From assembly GCA_041487695.1 (NCBI GenBank), contig JBGPNV010000002.1:1-37421 (forward strand): 37,421 nucleotides of DNA. The letters are read 5' to 3'. Shown here in pieces: positions 1 through 9,094 of the stretch. A program made the position numbers and the translations under genes. The notes under the pieces are model-generated. The model was not told the DNA's origin and ran no database searches. It was given only the letters and a program-made list of their open reading frames with translations. The stretch is from Thermoplasmata archaeon. Lineage in GTDB: Archaea; Thermoplasmatota; DTKX01; DATEUP01. Within the stretch, counting starts at the first letter, position 1. Each line of letters starts with the position of its first letter.

Positions 1-115
1 CAAGGAGGGGCAGGGATCTCCGTTCCATGTGGGGCCAACCCAAGCCGTGCGGTTCCCCGGCGCCATCTTGAACCCTTGTGTTTCCAACGCCGCGCCCCGT
101 ACCGTCGAAGGGTCT

Positions 116-1339
116 TCACCGGTTGTAGTAGATCTCGCCCTTGCGCACGACCGAGTGGACACGGTTGCGCGAGAGCTCCGTGACGGCCTCGTCGACGGTG
201 CGGGCGTCAAGGATCGCAAAGTCCGCGAGCTTCCCTTCCTCGATCGTACCGACGAGGTGCCCTTTGCCAAGCGAGCAGGCCGCGTTCAGTGTCGCCGCCG
301 TGAGCGCCGCCTTGGGGGGCGCGCGCATGGAAAACACGGCAAGCGCCATCACGCGCTGCATCGAGGAGAGCTGACAGTTCGGGTTGAAGTCGGTGGCAAG
401 CGCGAAGGGCACGCCCTCGGCAATGAGCTCGCGGGCGTCCGGCCACTTGTGGCTGAGCAGCACGAGCGGCGCCGCCGGCGCAAGGACGGGCACGACGCCG
501 GCGTCCCGCAGGACGCGGAAGTCCTCCTGCGTCGCGCAAAGGAGGTGGTCGGCGGAGGCCGCGTGCACCTCGGCGGCGAGCCGCGCTCCGCCTGCGCGGC
601 CAAGCTCGTCTGCGTGGACGCGGAGCCCTAGCCCGGCACGCTGGCCGGTCAGCAGGACCGCCCGGCACTCCTCCGGCGTAAAGGCGCCCTCGTCGCACCA
701 CACGTCGACGAACGCGGCGAGCCCTTCGCGGACGACCTCCGGCAGCATTTCGCTGAGCACCATCTGGACGTAGACGTCGCGGACCTTGGCAAGCTCGCGG
801 GGGACGGCGTGGGCCGCAAGTAGCGTGGGGACGACATCCTGCACGGCGTCGGCCTTGATGCGCTCGATGGCCCGGAGCATCTTGATTTCGTTCTCCGTGT
901 CGAGCCCGTAGCCGGACTTCACCTCGACCGTCGTCGTCCCCTGCCGCAGCATTTCGTGGACGCGCTTCTTCCCCGATTCGACGAGTTCATCCGCCGAGGC
1001 CTTGCGGGTCGCCTCGACGGTGTGGTGGATGCCGCCGCCCCTCTGCTGGATTTCGAGGTAGCTCCTGCCCGCCACTTTGTGCTCGACTTCGAAGGCCCGG
1101 TCGCCGGCAAACACGGCGTGGGTGTGCGGGTCGACGAACCCGGGGACGACGAGCATGCCCGCGGCATCGAGTTCGTCGGCGCCCTCGGGAATTTTCACCC
1201 GGGAGCGCGGCCCGACCGCGAGGATCACGCCTCCCTCGTCGATGACGATGACGCCGTCCTCGACTTCGAAGAGGGCGCCCATCGCGCGCCCGCCCAGGGG
1301 CTGGCTGCCGCGCGGCGTCGCGATGCGGCCGCAGTTCAC
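116..1339 (-). CDS. hutI: imidazolonepropionase (HutI, amidohydrolase superfamily)
   Basis: 407-aa ORF with GFVDPHTHAVFAGDR, SYLEIQQRGGGIHHTV, VHADE and LATDFNPN motifs typical of HutI. Start is uncertain: GTG at 1339 or ATG at 1282. Confidence 0.85.
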   Translation of the reverse strand: MNCGRIATPRGSQPLGGRAMGALFEVEDGVIVIDEGGVILAVGPRSRVKIPEGADELDAAGMLVVPGFVDPHTHAVFAGDRAFEVEHKVAGRSYLEIQQRGGGIHHTVEATRKASADELVESGKKRVHEMLRQGTTTVEVKSGYGLDTENEIKMLRAIERIKADAVQDVVPTLLAAHAVPRELAKVRDVYVQMVLSEMLPEVVREGLAAFVDVWCDEGAFTPEECRAVLLTGQRAGLGLRVHADELGRAGGARLAAEVHAASADHLLCATQEDFRVLRDAGVVPVLAPAAPLVLLSHKWPDARELIAEGVPFALATDFNPNCQLSSMQRVMALAVFSMRAPPKAALTAATLNAACSLGKGHLVGTIEEGKLADFAILDARTVDEAVTELSRNRVHSVVRKGEIYYNR

Positions 1340-1369
1340 GAGGGCCTTGACCAGGGGCGCCCCTCCAGG

Positions 1370-2674
1370 TTACGGGGAGGGCGGCTTTGGAGAAGAGTCT
1401 TCTGCCGGGGGTTTCGAGTCGCCCGCCTTTCGCCGGCGCATCAAGAGGTACAGGAGCAGGAAGGCGGCCGCACCGAGGCCGGCCCCCCCAACGATCACAA
1501 TCGCCCCGTCGGAGGCCGGCCGCTCGACGTGGACGGAGACTTCCACCGTCTTCGAGGCCCCTGCGGCGTCCGTGACGCTCAAGGTCACCTTGTACGTCCC
1601 CGCCTCCGCGTAGGAATGGTTTGCGAGCGCGCCGGAGGCGGTCGACCCATCGCCAAAGGACCACAGGATTGTGAGGGGAAACGCCTCGGGGTCCGACGAG
1701 TGGCTCGCGTTGAACTTGACCGTTTTGCCGGGCTCCGTGTACCAGAGGTCGAACTCCGAGTCGGCGACGGGGGGCCGGTTCAGGACCTGCAGCGCGACGG
1801 CCGAGGTGTTCGTGGCGCCGAGGTTGTCGGTCACGGTGACCGTGAACGTGAAATTGCCGCTCGAGCGGTACTCGTAGCCGTTCGCCTCAGGGAACAGGGT
1901 CGTTGTGTTGCCGTCGCCGTAGTCGACGAAGTAGGACGCGATCGAGCCGTCGTTGTCGACAGCCTCGATGCCCGCCGACAGCGGCACGAGCGTGGAAATG
2001 GACGCGTCGGGGACGAGCACCAAGAGCAGAGGCGGCGCGTTCGGGACCTCGAGGGTGCGTGAACCCGTGGAGGCCAGGGAGGTGTTGGCGCTCGAGCGGA
2101 CGGTGAGGTTCACCGTCAGGTTCCCCGCGGGGGGCGAGTACGTTACGAGGTCCCCGTAGAGTGTGTCGGCCCCGACCTGCCAGGTGAAGTTGAGGGGCGC
2201 GCAGCCGTGCGAGGCCGTCGCGTTGAGGGTGAGGAGCATCGCACCGACATCGCCGGAAAGCTGGGAAGAGAAGTTCACGAAGGGCAGCACGACCACCTGC
2301 AGTGAGGCGTTGTTGTTCGATTCGTTGGTTTCGGGGACCGTGTCCAGGGGGTCGACGGTTAGGTTGACCCAGTGCGCGCCGCAGGGCAGCGAAAGGGACT
2401 GGACGGAGGTCCCGTTTTCGCCGGCGGCGAGCGGGCCGAGGGCGAAGGCCGTGCCGTTCGGGGCTCCGTCGATGAAGAGCTGCGCGTCGGCCGACGCGGT
2501 GGTGGCATCGCCGAAGTTGTCCACGCGGACGGTCACGTTGAAGGACGTGTTGTCGAGCGCCGTCGAGGGGCCCTGGAGGGAGGCCGTGAGGTCGTGGGCG
2601 GCAAGCGCGCCGCCCCCGAGGGCGAGGGCGGCGAACGTGAGGAGCGCGAGCGCGAGGCGGAGGGACTTCGACAT
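1370..2674 (-). CDS. secreted surface protein with CARDB-like and PKD-like domains and a C-terminal TM anchor
   Basis: ORF trimmed to ATG 2674 (MSKSLRLALALLTFAALALGGGALA, a signal peptide). A TATA box at 2701-2706 lies 27 nt upstream. The CARDB-like segment ends in VDPLDTVPETNESNN. PKD-like segments include WSFGDGSTASG..YKVTLSVTD. Many N-x-S/T sequons. The C-terminal hydrophobic helix is followed by RRRK. Confidence 0.8.
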   Translation of the reverse strand: MSKSLRLALALLTFAALALGGGALAAHDLTASLQGPSTALDNTSFNVTVRVDNFGDATTASADAQLFIDGAPNGTAFALGPLAAGENGTSVQSLSLPCGAHWVNLTVDPLDTVPETNESNNNASLQVVVLPFVNFSSQLSGDVGAMLLTLNATASHGCAPLNFTWQVGADTLYGDLVTYSPPAGNLTVNLTVRSSANTSLASTGSRTLEVPNAPPLLLVLVPDASISTLVPLSAGIEAVDNDGSIASYFVDYGDGNTTTLFPEANGYEYRSSGNFTFTVTVTDNLGATNTSAVALQVLNRPPVADSEFDLWYTEPGKTVKFNASHSSDPEAFPLTILWSFGDGSTASGALANHSYAEAGTYKVTLSVTDAAGASKTVEVSVHVERPASDGAIVIVGGAGLGAAAFLLLYLLMRRRKAGDSKPPAEDSSPKPPSP

Positions 2675-2822
2675 GGCAAGTCCATCCGACCGCGCCTGCG
2701 TATAAAGGTGAGGGCCCCCAAAGCGGCCGCGGAACTCAAGCCGGGAGGGAGCCGCCCAGCGTGGCCACGCTGCGGGGACGCAAGGCGAAGATTGACCTAG
2801 GCGGGCTCGCCCTGCCGTCCTT

Positions 2823-3320
2823 GTGGAAGCCCCGACACGGCTCGTCCTGCGGGAGGCCACGCTCGCCGACGTCGGCGCCCTCACCGCGATCGACGCGCTC
2901 TGCTTCCCGCCAGAGGACCGCTACGCGCGGGGCCTCATGGAGGACATCCTGCGGGGGAAGTTCCTCGTCGAGACTGTCGACCGCGTTTCGACCCAACTTG
3001 CGATCGAACGTGGTGCGGTGCCGGCCGCGGAAAAGGTCATCGGATTCATGACCGTGGCGAGGGACCGAGGGTTCGGGCTGATCGTGACGGTCGACGTGCA
3101 CCCGGAAAACCGACGGCGCGGGGTCGGCAAGCTGCTCATGCGGGCGGGCGAGGCCAAGATGCGCGAGTGGGGCGTCACGGCCGCCGTGCTCACCGTAGGG
3201 ACGCGCAACCAGGCCGCGCAGCGGCTCTATGAAAAAGAGGGCTACCTCCTGTTTCGGCGGATCCCTGGCTACTATGAAAGCGGTGACGACGCGCTCGAGA
3301 TGCACAAGCGCCTGGCCTGA
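2823..3320 (+). CDS. GNAT family N-acetyltransferase (RimI-like)
   Basis: 165-aa ORF with GTG start. Acetyl-CoA binding motif VHPENRRRGVGKLLM and C-terminal LYEKEGY are typical of GNAT/RimI. Confidence 0.8.
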   Translation: MEAPTRLVLREATLADVGALTAIDALCFPPEDRYARGLMEDILRGKFLVETVDRVSTQLAIERGAVPAAEKVIGFMTVARDRGFGLIVTVDVHPENRRRGVGKLLMRAGEAKMREWGVTAAVLTVGTRNQAAQRLYEKEGYLLFRRIPGYYESGDDALEMHKRLA

Positions 3321-3395
3321 CTCAAAGGCGTCTCAGGGGCGAACCTAGTCTTCAAAAAGTCCCCCGCTTTCAGGGGGCCTTGGGGTCAAGCCGAA

Positions 3396-4310
3396 GTGCC
3401 GGCCATTGTAATCAAGAACCTCGTGAAGCGCTACGGCGACCTCGTGGCCGTGAACGGCCTGTCGCTCGAGGTCGAGGAGAAGCAGATCTTCGGGATCCTT
3501 GGGCCGAACGGCGCGGGCAAGACCACGACGCTCGAGATCGTCGAAGGGATCCGCGACGCCGACGAGGGCGAGGTGGTGATCCTCGGCTTGAACCGCGCGA
3601 TGAAAAAGGCCGAGATCAAGCAGCTCATCGGCGTCCAGCTGCAGGCCACGGCAACGCCGGACCGCCTCACCGTCCGCGAGACGATCGACCTTTTCGGGAC
3701 CTTCTACGACCACCGGCTCACGGCCGACGAGGTGATCAAGTATGTCCAACTCGAGGCAAAAGCCGAGGACTACGTCGAAAAGCTCTCGGGCGGCCAGCAG
3801 CAGCGCCTCGCGATAGGCCTCGCGCTCGTGAACGACCCCAAGATCATCTTCCTCGACGAACCGACGACGGGGCTCGACCCCGCGGCCCGCCGCAACCTCT
3901 GGGACGTCATCGAGAACTTGCGCAAGTCCGGCAAGACGGTCATCCTCACCACGCACTACATGGAGGAAGCGGAACGGCTCTGCGACATCGTGGCGATCAT
4001 GGACCAGGGGAAGATCGTCGCCCAGGACACGCCTGCGGGCCTCATCCGGTCGCTCGGCGAGAACCAAGCGGTCGAGTTCACCCCGTCGGAGCCCGTGCTC
4101 CATTCGGAACTCGAGGCCCTGGCCGCGGTGACGAAGGTCCAGGTCGCTGAGGGCATCGTGTCGCTCTTCACGACCGACCCGGGGGAAACAATGCACGCCC
4201 TCATCGAGAAGGCCACGAGAGACGGCTTCAAGGTCGAGGGGATCCGGCTGCGGAGCGCCACGCTCGAGGATGTATTCGTGAACCTTACCGGCAGGAGGCT
4301 GCGCGAATGA
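3396..4310 (+). CDS. ABC transporter ATP-binding protein (ABC-2/DrrA-like exporter)
   Basis: Walker A GPNGAGKTT, signature LSGGQQQRL and Walker B IIFLDEPTTGLD. The stop overlaps the next start (ATGA at 4307-4310). Confidence 0.9.
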   Translation: MPAIVIKNLVKRYGDLVAVNGLSLEVEEKQIFGILGPNGAGKTTTLEIVEGIRDADEGEVVILGLNRAMKKAEIKQLIGVQLQATATPDRLTVRETIDLFGTFYDHRLTADEVIKYVQLEAKAEDYVEKLSGGQQQRLAIGLALVNDPKIIFLDEPTTGLDPAARRNLWDVIENLRKSGKTVILTTHYMEEAERLCDIVAIMDQGKIVAQDTPAGLIRSLGENQAVEFTPSEPVLHSELEALAAVTKVQVAEGIVSLFTTDPGETMHALIEKATRDGFKVEGIRLRSATLEDVFVNLTGRRLRE

Positions 4311-5437
4311 AGAACCGGTGGCTGAGGAACGCGACGGCGTTTGCGGTGGCGGACTTCAAGTCGTACCTGCGCAACCGCGAGGCGCTCTTCTGGACCTTTT
4401 TTTTCCCAATTTTCTTCATGGTCCTCCTGGGGCTCGTGTTCGGCAACGCCCAGGTGATCGACCTGAAGATCGGGGTCGTGAATGCCGACACGGGCGCGGA
4501 GGCGTCGAACCTCACGAAGCTCATCGACGACGCGCCAAACGTGCGGGTGGAGCCCTTTGCCAGCAACGAGAGCGCGGCGGCCTCGCTCGCGAAAGGCGAC
4601 ATCAACGTTTACATCCTGATCCCGGCGGACTACACCGCGAGGGTCGCGAGTTCCCAAGGCTCGAACAACACAAGCGCAATCGTCCCGGCCGTCCTCGATG
4701 TCTACTTCGCGGCCGACACGACGGGCAACGGCCGGGTCGCCCTCACGGTCGTCATGCAGATCCTCTCAGGCGTCAACAACGCGCTCGTGCACACGAGCCC
4801 CGTGCTCGTGCCCCTGCCTCACGAGATCCAAGTGACCAAGGGCCGGTACATCGACTACCTCGTCCCCGGGATCATCGGGATGACCCTCATGTTCAACGGC
4901 GTTTTCGCGATCGCGGGCGTCATGACGACGATGCGTGAGAAGGGGATCCTGCGCCGGCTCAAGGTCACACCGGTGTCGAGGAGCGCGATCCTGGCGGCCC
5001 TCATCACGACGCGCATGATCATCACGTTCCTCGGCGTGCTCATGATCCTCGTCGTCGGGGTCCTCGGGTTTGGCGTCTCGCTCCAAGGCAACCCGCTCAT
5101 CCTCGTCGGGCTCATCATCCTGGGGTCGCTCTCCTTCACGACCTTCGGCTTCGCGGTCTCCTCGTATGCCAAGACGATCGAGTCGGCCGAGTCGATGGCC
5201 AACGTGGTGACGATGCCGATGATGTTCCTCGGCGACGTCTTCCTCCCGGTCTCGCTGATGCCGGCCTTCATGCAGCCGATCGCGGGCGCGCTACCGCTGC
5301 GCTACCTCACGCAGGCGCTGCGCGATGTGGGGCTGAACGGCGCGGAGCTCTTCGACATTGTGTGGCCCGTCCTTGGCGTATTCGTGTGGGGGACGATTGG
5401 CTTCTTCCTCGCGGTGTACCTCTTCCGCTGGGAATAG
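4307..5437 (+). CDS. ABC-2 type transporter permease
   Basis: 376 aa: an N-terminal TM helix, a large extracytoplasmic loop, then five or more C-terminal TM helices. Translationally coupled to the ATPase. Confidence 0.85.
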   Translation: MKNRWLRNATAFAVADFKSYLRNREALFWTFFFPIFFMVLLGLVFGNAQVIDLKIGVVNADTGAEASNLTKLIDDAPNVRVEPFASNESAAASLAKGDINVYILIPADYTARVASSQGSNNTSAIVPAVLDVYFAADTTGNGRVALTVVMQILSGVNNALVHTSPVLVPLPHEIQVTKGRYIDYLVPGIIGMTLMFNGVFAIAGVMTTMREKGILRRLKVTPVSRSAILAALITTRMIITFLGVLMILVVGVLGFGVSLQGNPLILVGLIILGSLSFTTFGFAVSSYAKTIESAESMANVVTMPMMFLGDVFLPVSLMPAFMQPIAGALPLRYLTQALRDVGLNGAELFDIVWPVLGVFVWGTIGFFLAVYLFRWE

Positions 5438-5450
5438 GCAAGCGGGCCGC

Positions 5451-7028
5451 TCAAGAAAGCGCCGCGCGGACCTTCGCGTCGATGGCCGCCCCGAGCTTCT
5501 CGGTGCGCGTGCGCGCGGCCTGGAGCCGAGCCCTCGCCTGCAAGGCGAAGTCCGGGTCTTTGATCGACCCGAGGTTGATGAGGACGTTATAGGAGGCGCC
5601 GTCGAAGGCGGCGCGGGAGGCCTTGGCGCCGACCCCCACATCCGAGATCGCGCCGGGCAGCCCGTTGCGCGAGAGGGGCTCGAGCAGGTCGAGGGTGTCG
5701 GCGGCCATCTCCGCGACTTGGAGGGGGACGTTCGTGGCCCACTTGAACGCCTTCTGGAGGGCGGCCGAGCGTGTGGCCTTCTCCTCGGGTGTGGCTTTGG
5801 GCATCTTGAGCGCGGCGACGACCGCGTTGTAGGCCATGACGTCCTCGTCGACGGCCTCGATGAAGCGGCGCTGGAGGCGGTCGGCGACGCCTGCGATCTC
5901 CTCGAACATCGAGCGGCGCTCGTGGAACTCGGGCCTCTCCACCGGGAGGCGGCAGCACATCAAGGCGAGGGAGGCGCCGACCGCGCCGATGGCTGCGGCG
6001 GCGGCCCCGCCGCCCGGAGTGGGCTCGCCGGAGGCCAGCGCGTCGAGGAAGGGCAGGAGGCTCTTGCCGCCGTCGCCCGTGGAGGCACCCATCACAGCAG
6101 CCACTCGCGAGTTTAAGCCCGCATCGCTCGTGCCGAAGACCCTGACCTCGAGGATCTGGCCGGCGGAGAAGTTCTCGAGCCTCAGGGCCCGCACGGCGCC
6201 CTCCGGGAGCGCCGCAAGCGGCACGAGGCCCACGACCTCGCTGCCGTCCACTTCGGCACCGAGGGCCGTGGCCTCCCGCAGGACGGCCGCAAAGGCGACC
6301 GACGGGGGCGTCCTCGTGAAGTCGACGAGGTTCATGGAGACCTGCACGAGGCCGCGGTCGGCGAGCTCGAAGCCGAGCGCGCGGACGGCCGGGAGGCCTC
6401 CGTCCTTCTCGCGCACCTTCGAAGCGATCGCTTTGGCAAGGGAAAGGTCGCGCGACTTCAGGTTCACGTTGTAGGCGATGAGGAAGGGCCGGGCGCCCAC
6501 GGCGACGGCCCCGGCGGTCGGGTGGATGGAGCGTGGGCCGAAGTCAGGGTCCTTCTCGGGGTCCTTGCCGATCGCGTCACGGAGGCCTTCGAATTGGCCC
6601 TTGCGGACGTCGGGCAGGTTGCGCCGTCCGGGGCGGGCGGCCGCCTCCGAGTAGAGGAACACGGGGATGGAAAGCTCGCGACCGATGCGTTCGCCAAGGC
6701 GCCGGGCGAGACCCACGCAGTCCGCCATCGTGGCCCCCTGGATCGGCACAAACGGGATGACGTCGGTCGCGCCCATCCGTGGGTGTTCGCCCTTGTGGTG
6801 GTTGAGGTCGATGAGTTCGCAGGCCTTGCGCGCGAGGCGGAAGGCGGCCTCGGAGACGGCGGCGCCGGTCCCCACGAAGGTGAAGACGGCGCGGTTGTGG
6901 GACGCGTCGGGGTCGACGTCGAGGAGAGTGACGCCGACGACTTGGCTGACGACGGCGGCAAGGGCGTCGAGGACGTCCTTCCGGCGGCCCTCACTCACGT
7001 TGGGGACGCACTCGATGACCTCGGCCAC
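5451..7028 (-). CDS. glutamate formimidoyltransferase / formimidoyltetrahydrofolate cyclodeaminase (FTCD-like, bifunctional)
   Basis: The 696-aa track ORF was trimmed to GTG 7028 (VAEVIECVPNVSEGRR, the canonical formiminotransferase N-terminus). The C-terminal third (GGGAAAAAIGAVGASLALM...) looks like a cyclodeaminase domain. The upstream 171 codons are RP-rich junk. Confidence 0.8.
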   Translation of the reverse strand: MAEVIECVPNVSEGRRKDVLDALAAVVSQVVGVTLLDVDPDASHNRAVFTFVGTGAAVSEAAFRLARKACELIDLNHHKGEHPRMGATDVIPFVPIQGATMADCVGLARRLGERIGRELSIPVFLYSEAAARPGRRNLPDVRKGQFEGLRDAIGKDPEKDPDFGPRSIHPTAGAVAVGARPFLIAYNVNLKSRDLSLAKAIASKVREKDGGLPAVRALGFELADRGLVQVSMNLVDFTRTPPSVAFAAVLREATALGAEVDGSEVVGLVPLAALPEGAVRALRLENFSAGQILEVRVFGTSDAGLNSRVAAVMGASTGDGGKSLLPFLDALASGEPTPGGGAAAAAIGAVGASLALMCCRLPVERPEFHERRSMFEEIAGVADRLQRRFIEAVDEDVMAYNAVVAALKMPKATPEEKATRSAALQKAFKWATNVPLQVAEMAADTLDLLEPLSRNGLPGAISDVGVGAKASRAAFDGASYNVLINLGSIKDPDFALQARARLQAARTRTEKLGAAIDAKVRAALS

Positions 7029-7089
7029 GGGCGGGGCAAGCGCGCCTGGAAAAGAAGAACGTGCCGCGCGCCGGCCGTCCCCCGGCCCC

Positions 7090-7761
7090 TTAGCGGACCT
7101 GGAGTGTCTTGGCCTCGCTGCGGACCTCGCCCGTCCAGACAGGGACGAGGCCGGGGGCGTTGAACGGCCCCGAAGCGAAGTGGCCCACGAGACCGTAGTT
7201 GCCGGCCGCTCCGAGGAAGGCGGCGCCGCAGGGCGCAGACACGCTGTCGTCAGCCGACCAAACGATCGGGAGTGTGAAGGCGGACCGGAGGTAGCCGTCG
7301 GGGGGCAGCTCGACAAGGTCCGACTCGACAGGCGGCACGATGCGTCCGATGCAGCCCTGAAAATAGCGGAGGACCGGGCCCCCCTGGGGGTCGGTGACCA
7401 ACAGGTCGAAGTGCGGGTTGACGCGGACGACCGTTGCTCCCACGTTGAAGAGGGTGAGGTTCCCCGTGACGGAGGCGGACGACCCGCTGACGACCGACGC
7501 GGGGGCAAACTCCAGGGTGACAACCACGTCGCCGACCGCACCGTAGGTGTACCGGGCGCCGCCGGCGGAAAAGAGGAGGAGCACGGCCGTTACCGCGATG
7601 GCGGCGACCTTGAGCGGCGCCTTGACCCGCACCTTGCGCTGCGCGAGCTGCACGGCGATGCCTGCCGAGGCCGCCCCCGCCGCGCCGCCGGCAGCGGCGA
7701 GGAAGGGGGTCGCAGAGGGCGCGCGGGCGCCGGCTACGAGGACGACGAGGTAGAGGGCCAC
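7090..7761 (-). CDS. hypothetical membrane-anchored protein
   Basis: 223-aa ORF with two N-terminal hydrophobic segments, then a beta-rich soluble domain. High GC3. No recognisable motif. GTG 7761 is the first possible start after an in-frame TGA. Confidence 0.5.
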   Translation of the reverse strand: MALYLVVLVAGARAPSATPFLAAAGGAAGAASAGIAVQLAQRKVRVKAPLKVAAIAVTAVLLLFSAGGARYTYGAVGDVVVTLEFAPASVVSGSSASVTGNLTLFNVGATVVRVNPHFDLLVTDPQGGPVLRYFQGCIGRIVPPVESDLVELPPDGYLRSAFTLPIVWSADDSVSAPCGAAFLGAAGNYGLVGHFASGPFNAPGLVPVWTGEVRSEAKTLQVR

Positions 7762-7895
7762 GGCTGCGGCAAGGACGGTAGCCCAAGCGAACGCGTGGGC
7801 GCGGCTCGGGCGTGGGGGCGTCTCCGCGACTTCGTCGATTTCGTCCGTGGGCGGGCACCCTGCCTTGCACCTTCAAAACCGTTTGGGGGCGGCTC

Positions 7896-9077
7896 TCAGC
7901 CCGGGCGGGGTGCCCCGACCAGGGCGCGGTACTCCGCCTCCGTGCGCGAAACGACCGAATCCCAGTCGAACCGCTCCCCGACAGAGGCCCGGGCGGCCGA
8001 CCCCAGCTCCCGCCGCAGCGCGCTGTCGCCAAGAAGGGAGACGAGGGCGGATTTGAGGGCCCCCGCGTCCCCGTAGGGGACGAGGAGCCCGGTCTTGCGG
8101 TCCGCGATGATGTCCGACACGCCGCCGACCTTGGTGGCCACGCAAGGCTTCCCGCAGGCCATGGCCTCGAGGAGCACAATCCCGAACGCCTCGTAGTCCG
8201 AAGGCAAGACGTAGGCGTCGCAGGCGCGGTAGGCCTCCACGAGCTCCTCGGCGCTCAGGTGGCCGAGGAAGAGGACGCGCTTTTCGACCCCGAGTTTGGC
8301 CGCAAGCGCCGCCCATTCCGCCCGCTTGCCGTGGTCCTCGCCGACCGCGACGAAGGTGAGTTCGGGGAACTCCTTGAGCAGGTCGGGCATGAGCCCAATG
8401 ACGGACTCTAGCCTCTTGTTGACCGCCAGGCGCCCCGTGTAGAGGAGGAGCGGCCCGTGGAGGTGGTGCTTTTCGCGGAACGCACGGCCGTCGCCTACGC
8501 CCTCGAAGCGCTTCCGCTCGATCCCGTTGGGGATCACGACCGTGCGGGTCGTCGGGGGGATGAGCGGGCGCATCCATTCGAGCTCGACGCTCGAGACGGC
8601 GATCACGAGAGAGGCGGCGCGGAACGGCTTCGTCCCGAGCGCCTTGTCGTAGAACGCGCGCAGGCCCCTGCGACCCGCGCCGCCGGTCGTCGAGTAAGGC
8701 GGGTGGTAGTGGGGCGTGTAGACGAAGGGCACGCCCTGCCGCAGGGCGGCCTTGGCCGCAATGTGCGTTTGGTGGTAGCCGTACGAGTGCGCGTGGATGA
8801 GGTCCGCGCGGTCCTTGACCATCGCCTTCATCGCGGGCATGTAGACCCAGTGCATCCCGCCTGGCATCGAGCGCGCGGGAAACCGCCGCACGGGGACGGC
8901 GTCGACCGTGTCGTAGGCGCCGTCGAGCTTCACCATCGGGAACTCCGTGTTGAGGTCCGAGGTGTAGACCGTCACGTCGTGCCCGCGGGCCTTGAGACGC
9001 GTGGCAAGCGCATGCACGTGGGTCTCGGCGCCGCCCTTGGCGGGAGGGTAGCGCACGCAGGCCTCGATGATCCGCAT
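7896..9077 (-). CDS. glycosyltransferase family 4 (GT-B fold)
   Basis: N-terminal YPPAKGGAETHV and C-terminal EX7E region LPSDYEAFGIVLLEAMACGKPCVATKVGG. Confidence 0.85.
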   Translation of the reverse strand: MRIIEACVRYPPAKGGAETHVHALATRLKARGHDVTVYTSDLNTEFPMVKLDGAYDTVDAVPVRRFPARSMPGGMHWVYMPAMKAMVKDRADLIHAHSYGYHQTHIAAKAALRQGVPFVYTPHYHPPYSTTGGAGRRGLRAFYDKALGTKPFRAASLVIAVSSVELEWMRPLIPPTTRTVVIPNGIERKRFEGVGDGRAFREKHHLHGPLLLYTGRLAVNKRLESVIGLMPDLLKEFPELTFVAVGEDHGKRAEWAALAAKLGVEKRVLFLGHLSAEELVEAYRACDAYVLPSDYEAFGIVLLEAMACGKPCVATKVGGVSDIIADRKTGLLVPYGDAGALKSALVSLLGDSALRRELGSAARASVGERFDWDSVVSRTEAEYRALVGAPRPG

Positions 9078-9094
9078 AGGGGCGCGCCTCTCCC

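Noticed and set aside
1370-1520. A PGF-CTERM-type sorting signal on the CARDB/PKD protein.
   Set aside because: The tail (GAIVIVGGAGLGAAAFLLLYLLMRRRKAGDSKPPAEDSSPKPPSP) has a TM helix and basic cluster but no PGF-like tripeptide, and it has a long extension after the basic residues. It is treated as a plain C-terminal anchor.
3321-3395. A hairpin CCCCC-GCTTTCA-GGGGG between the GNAT gene and the ABC operon, considered as a terminator or riboswitch-like element.
   Set aside because: It is only a 5-bp stem with no following T-tract and no conserved riboswitch features that I can recognise. This is too weak to call.
7029-7541. A 171-codon N-terminal extension of the FTCD ORF.
   Set aside because: The extension (MRSATWLSPWSLPPRRSSAGRPPP...) is S/R/P-rich junk and overlaps the 3' part of the 7090-7761 gene. 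The conserved formiminotransferase N-terminus (ECVPNVSEGRR) begins right after GTG 7028.
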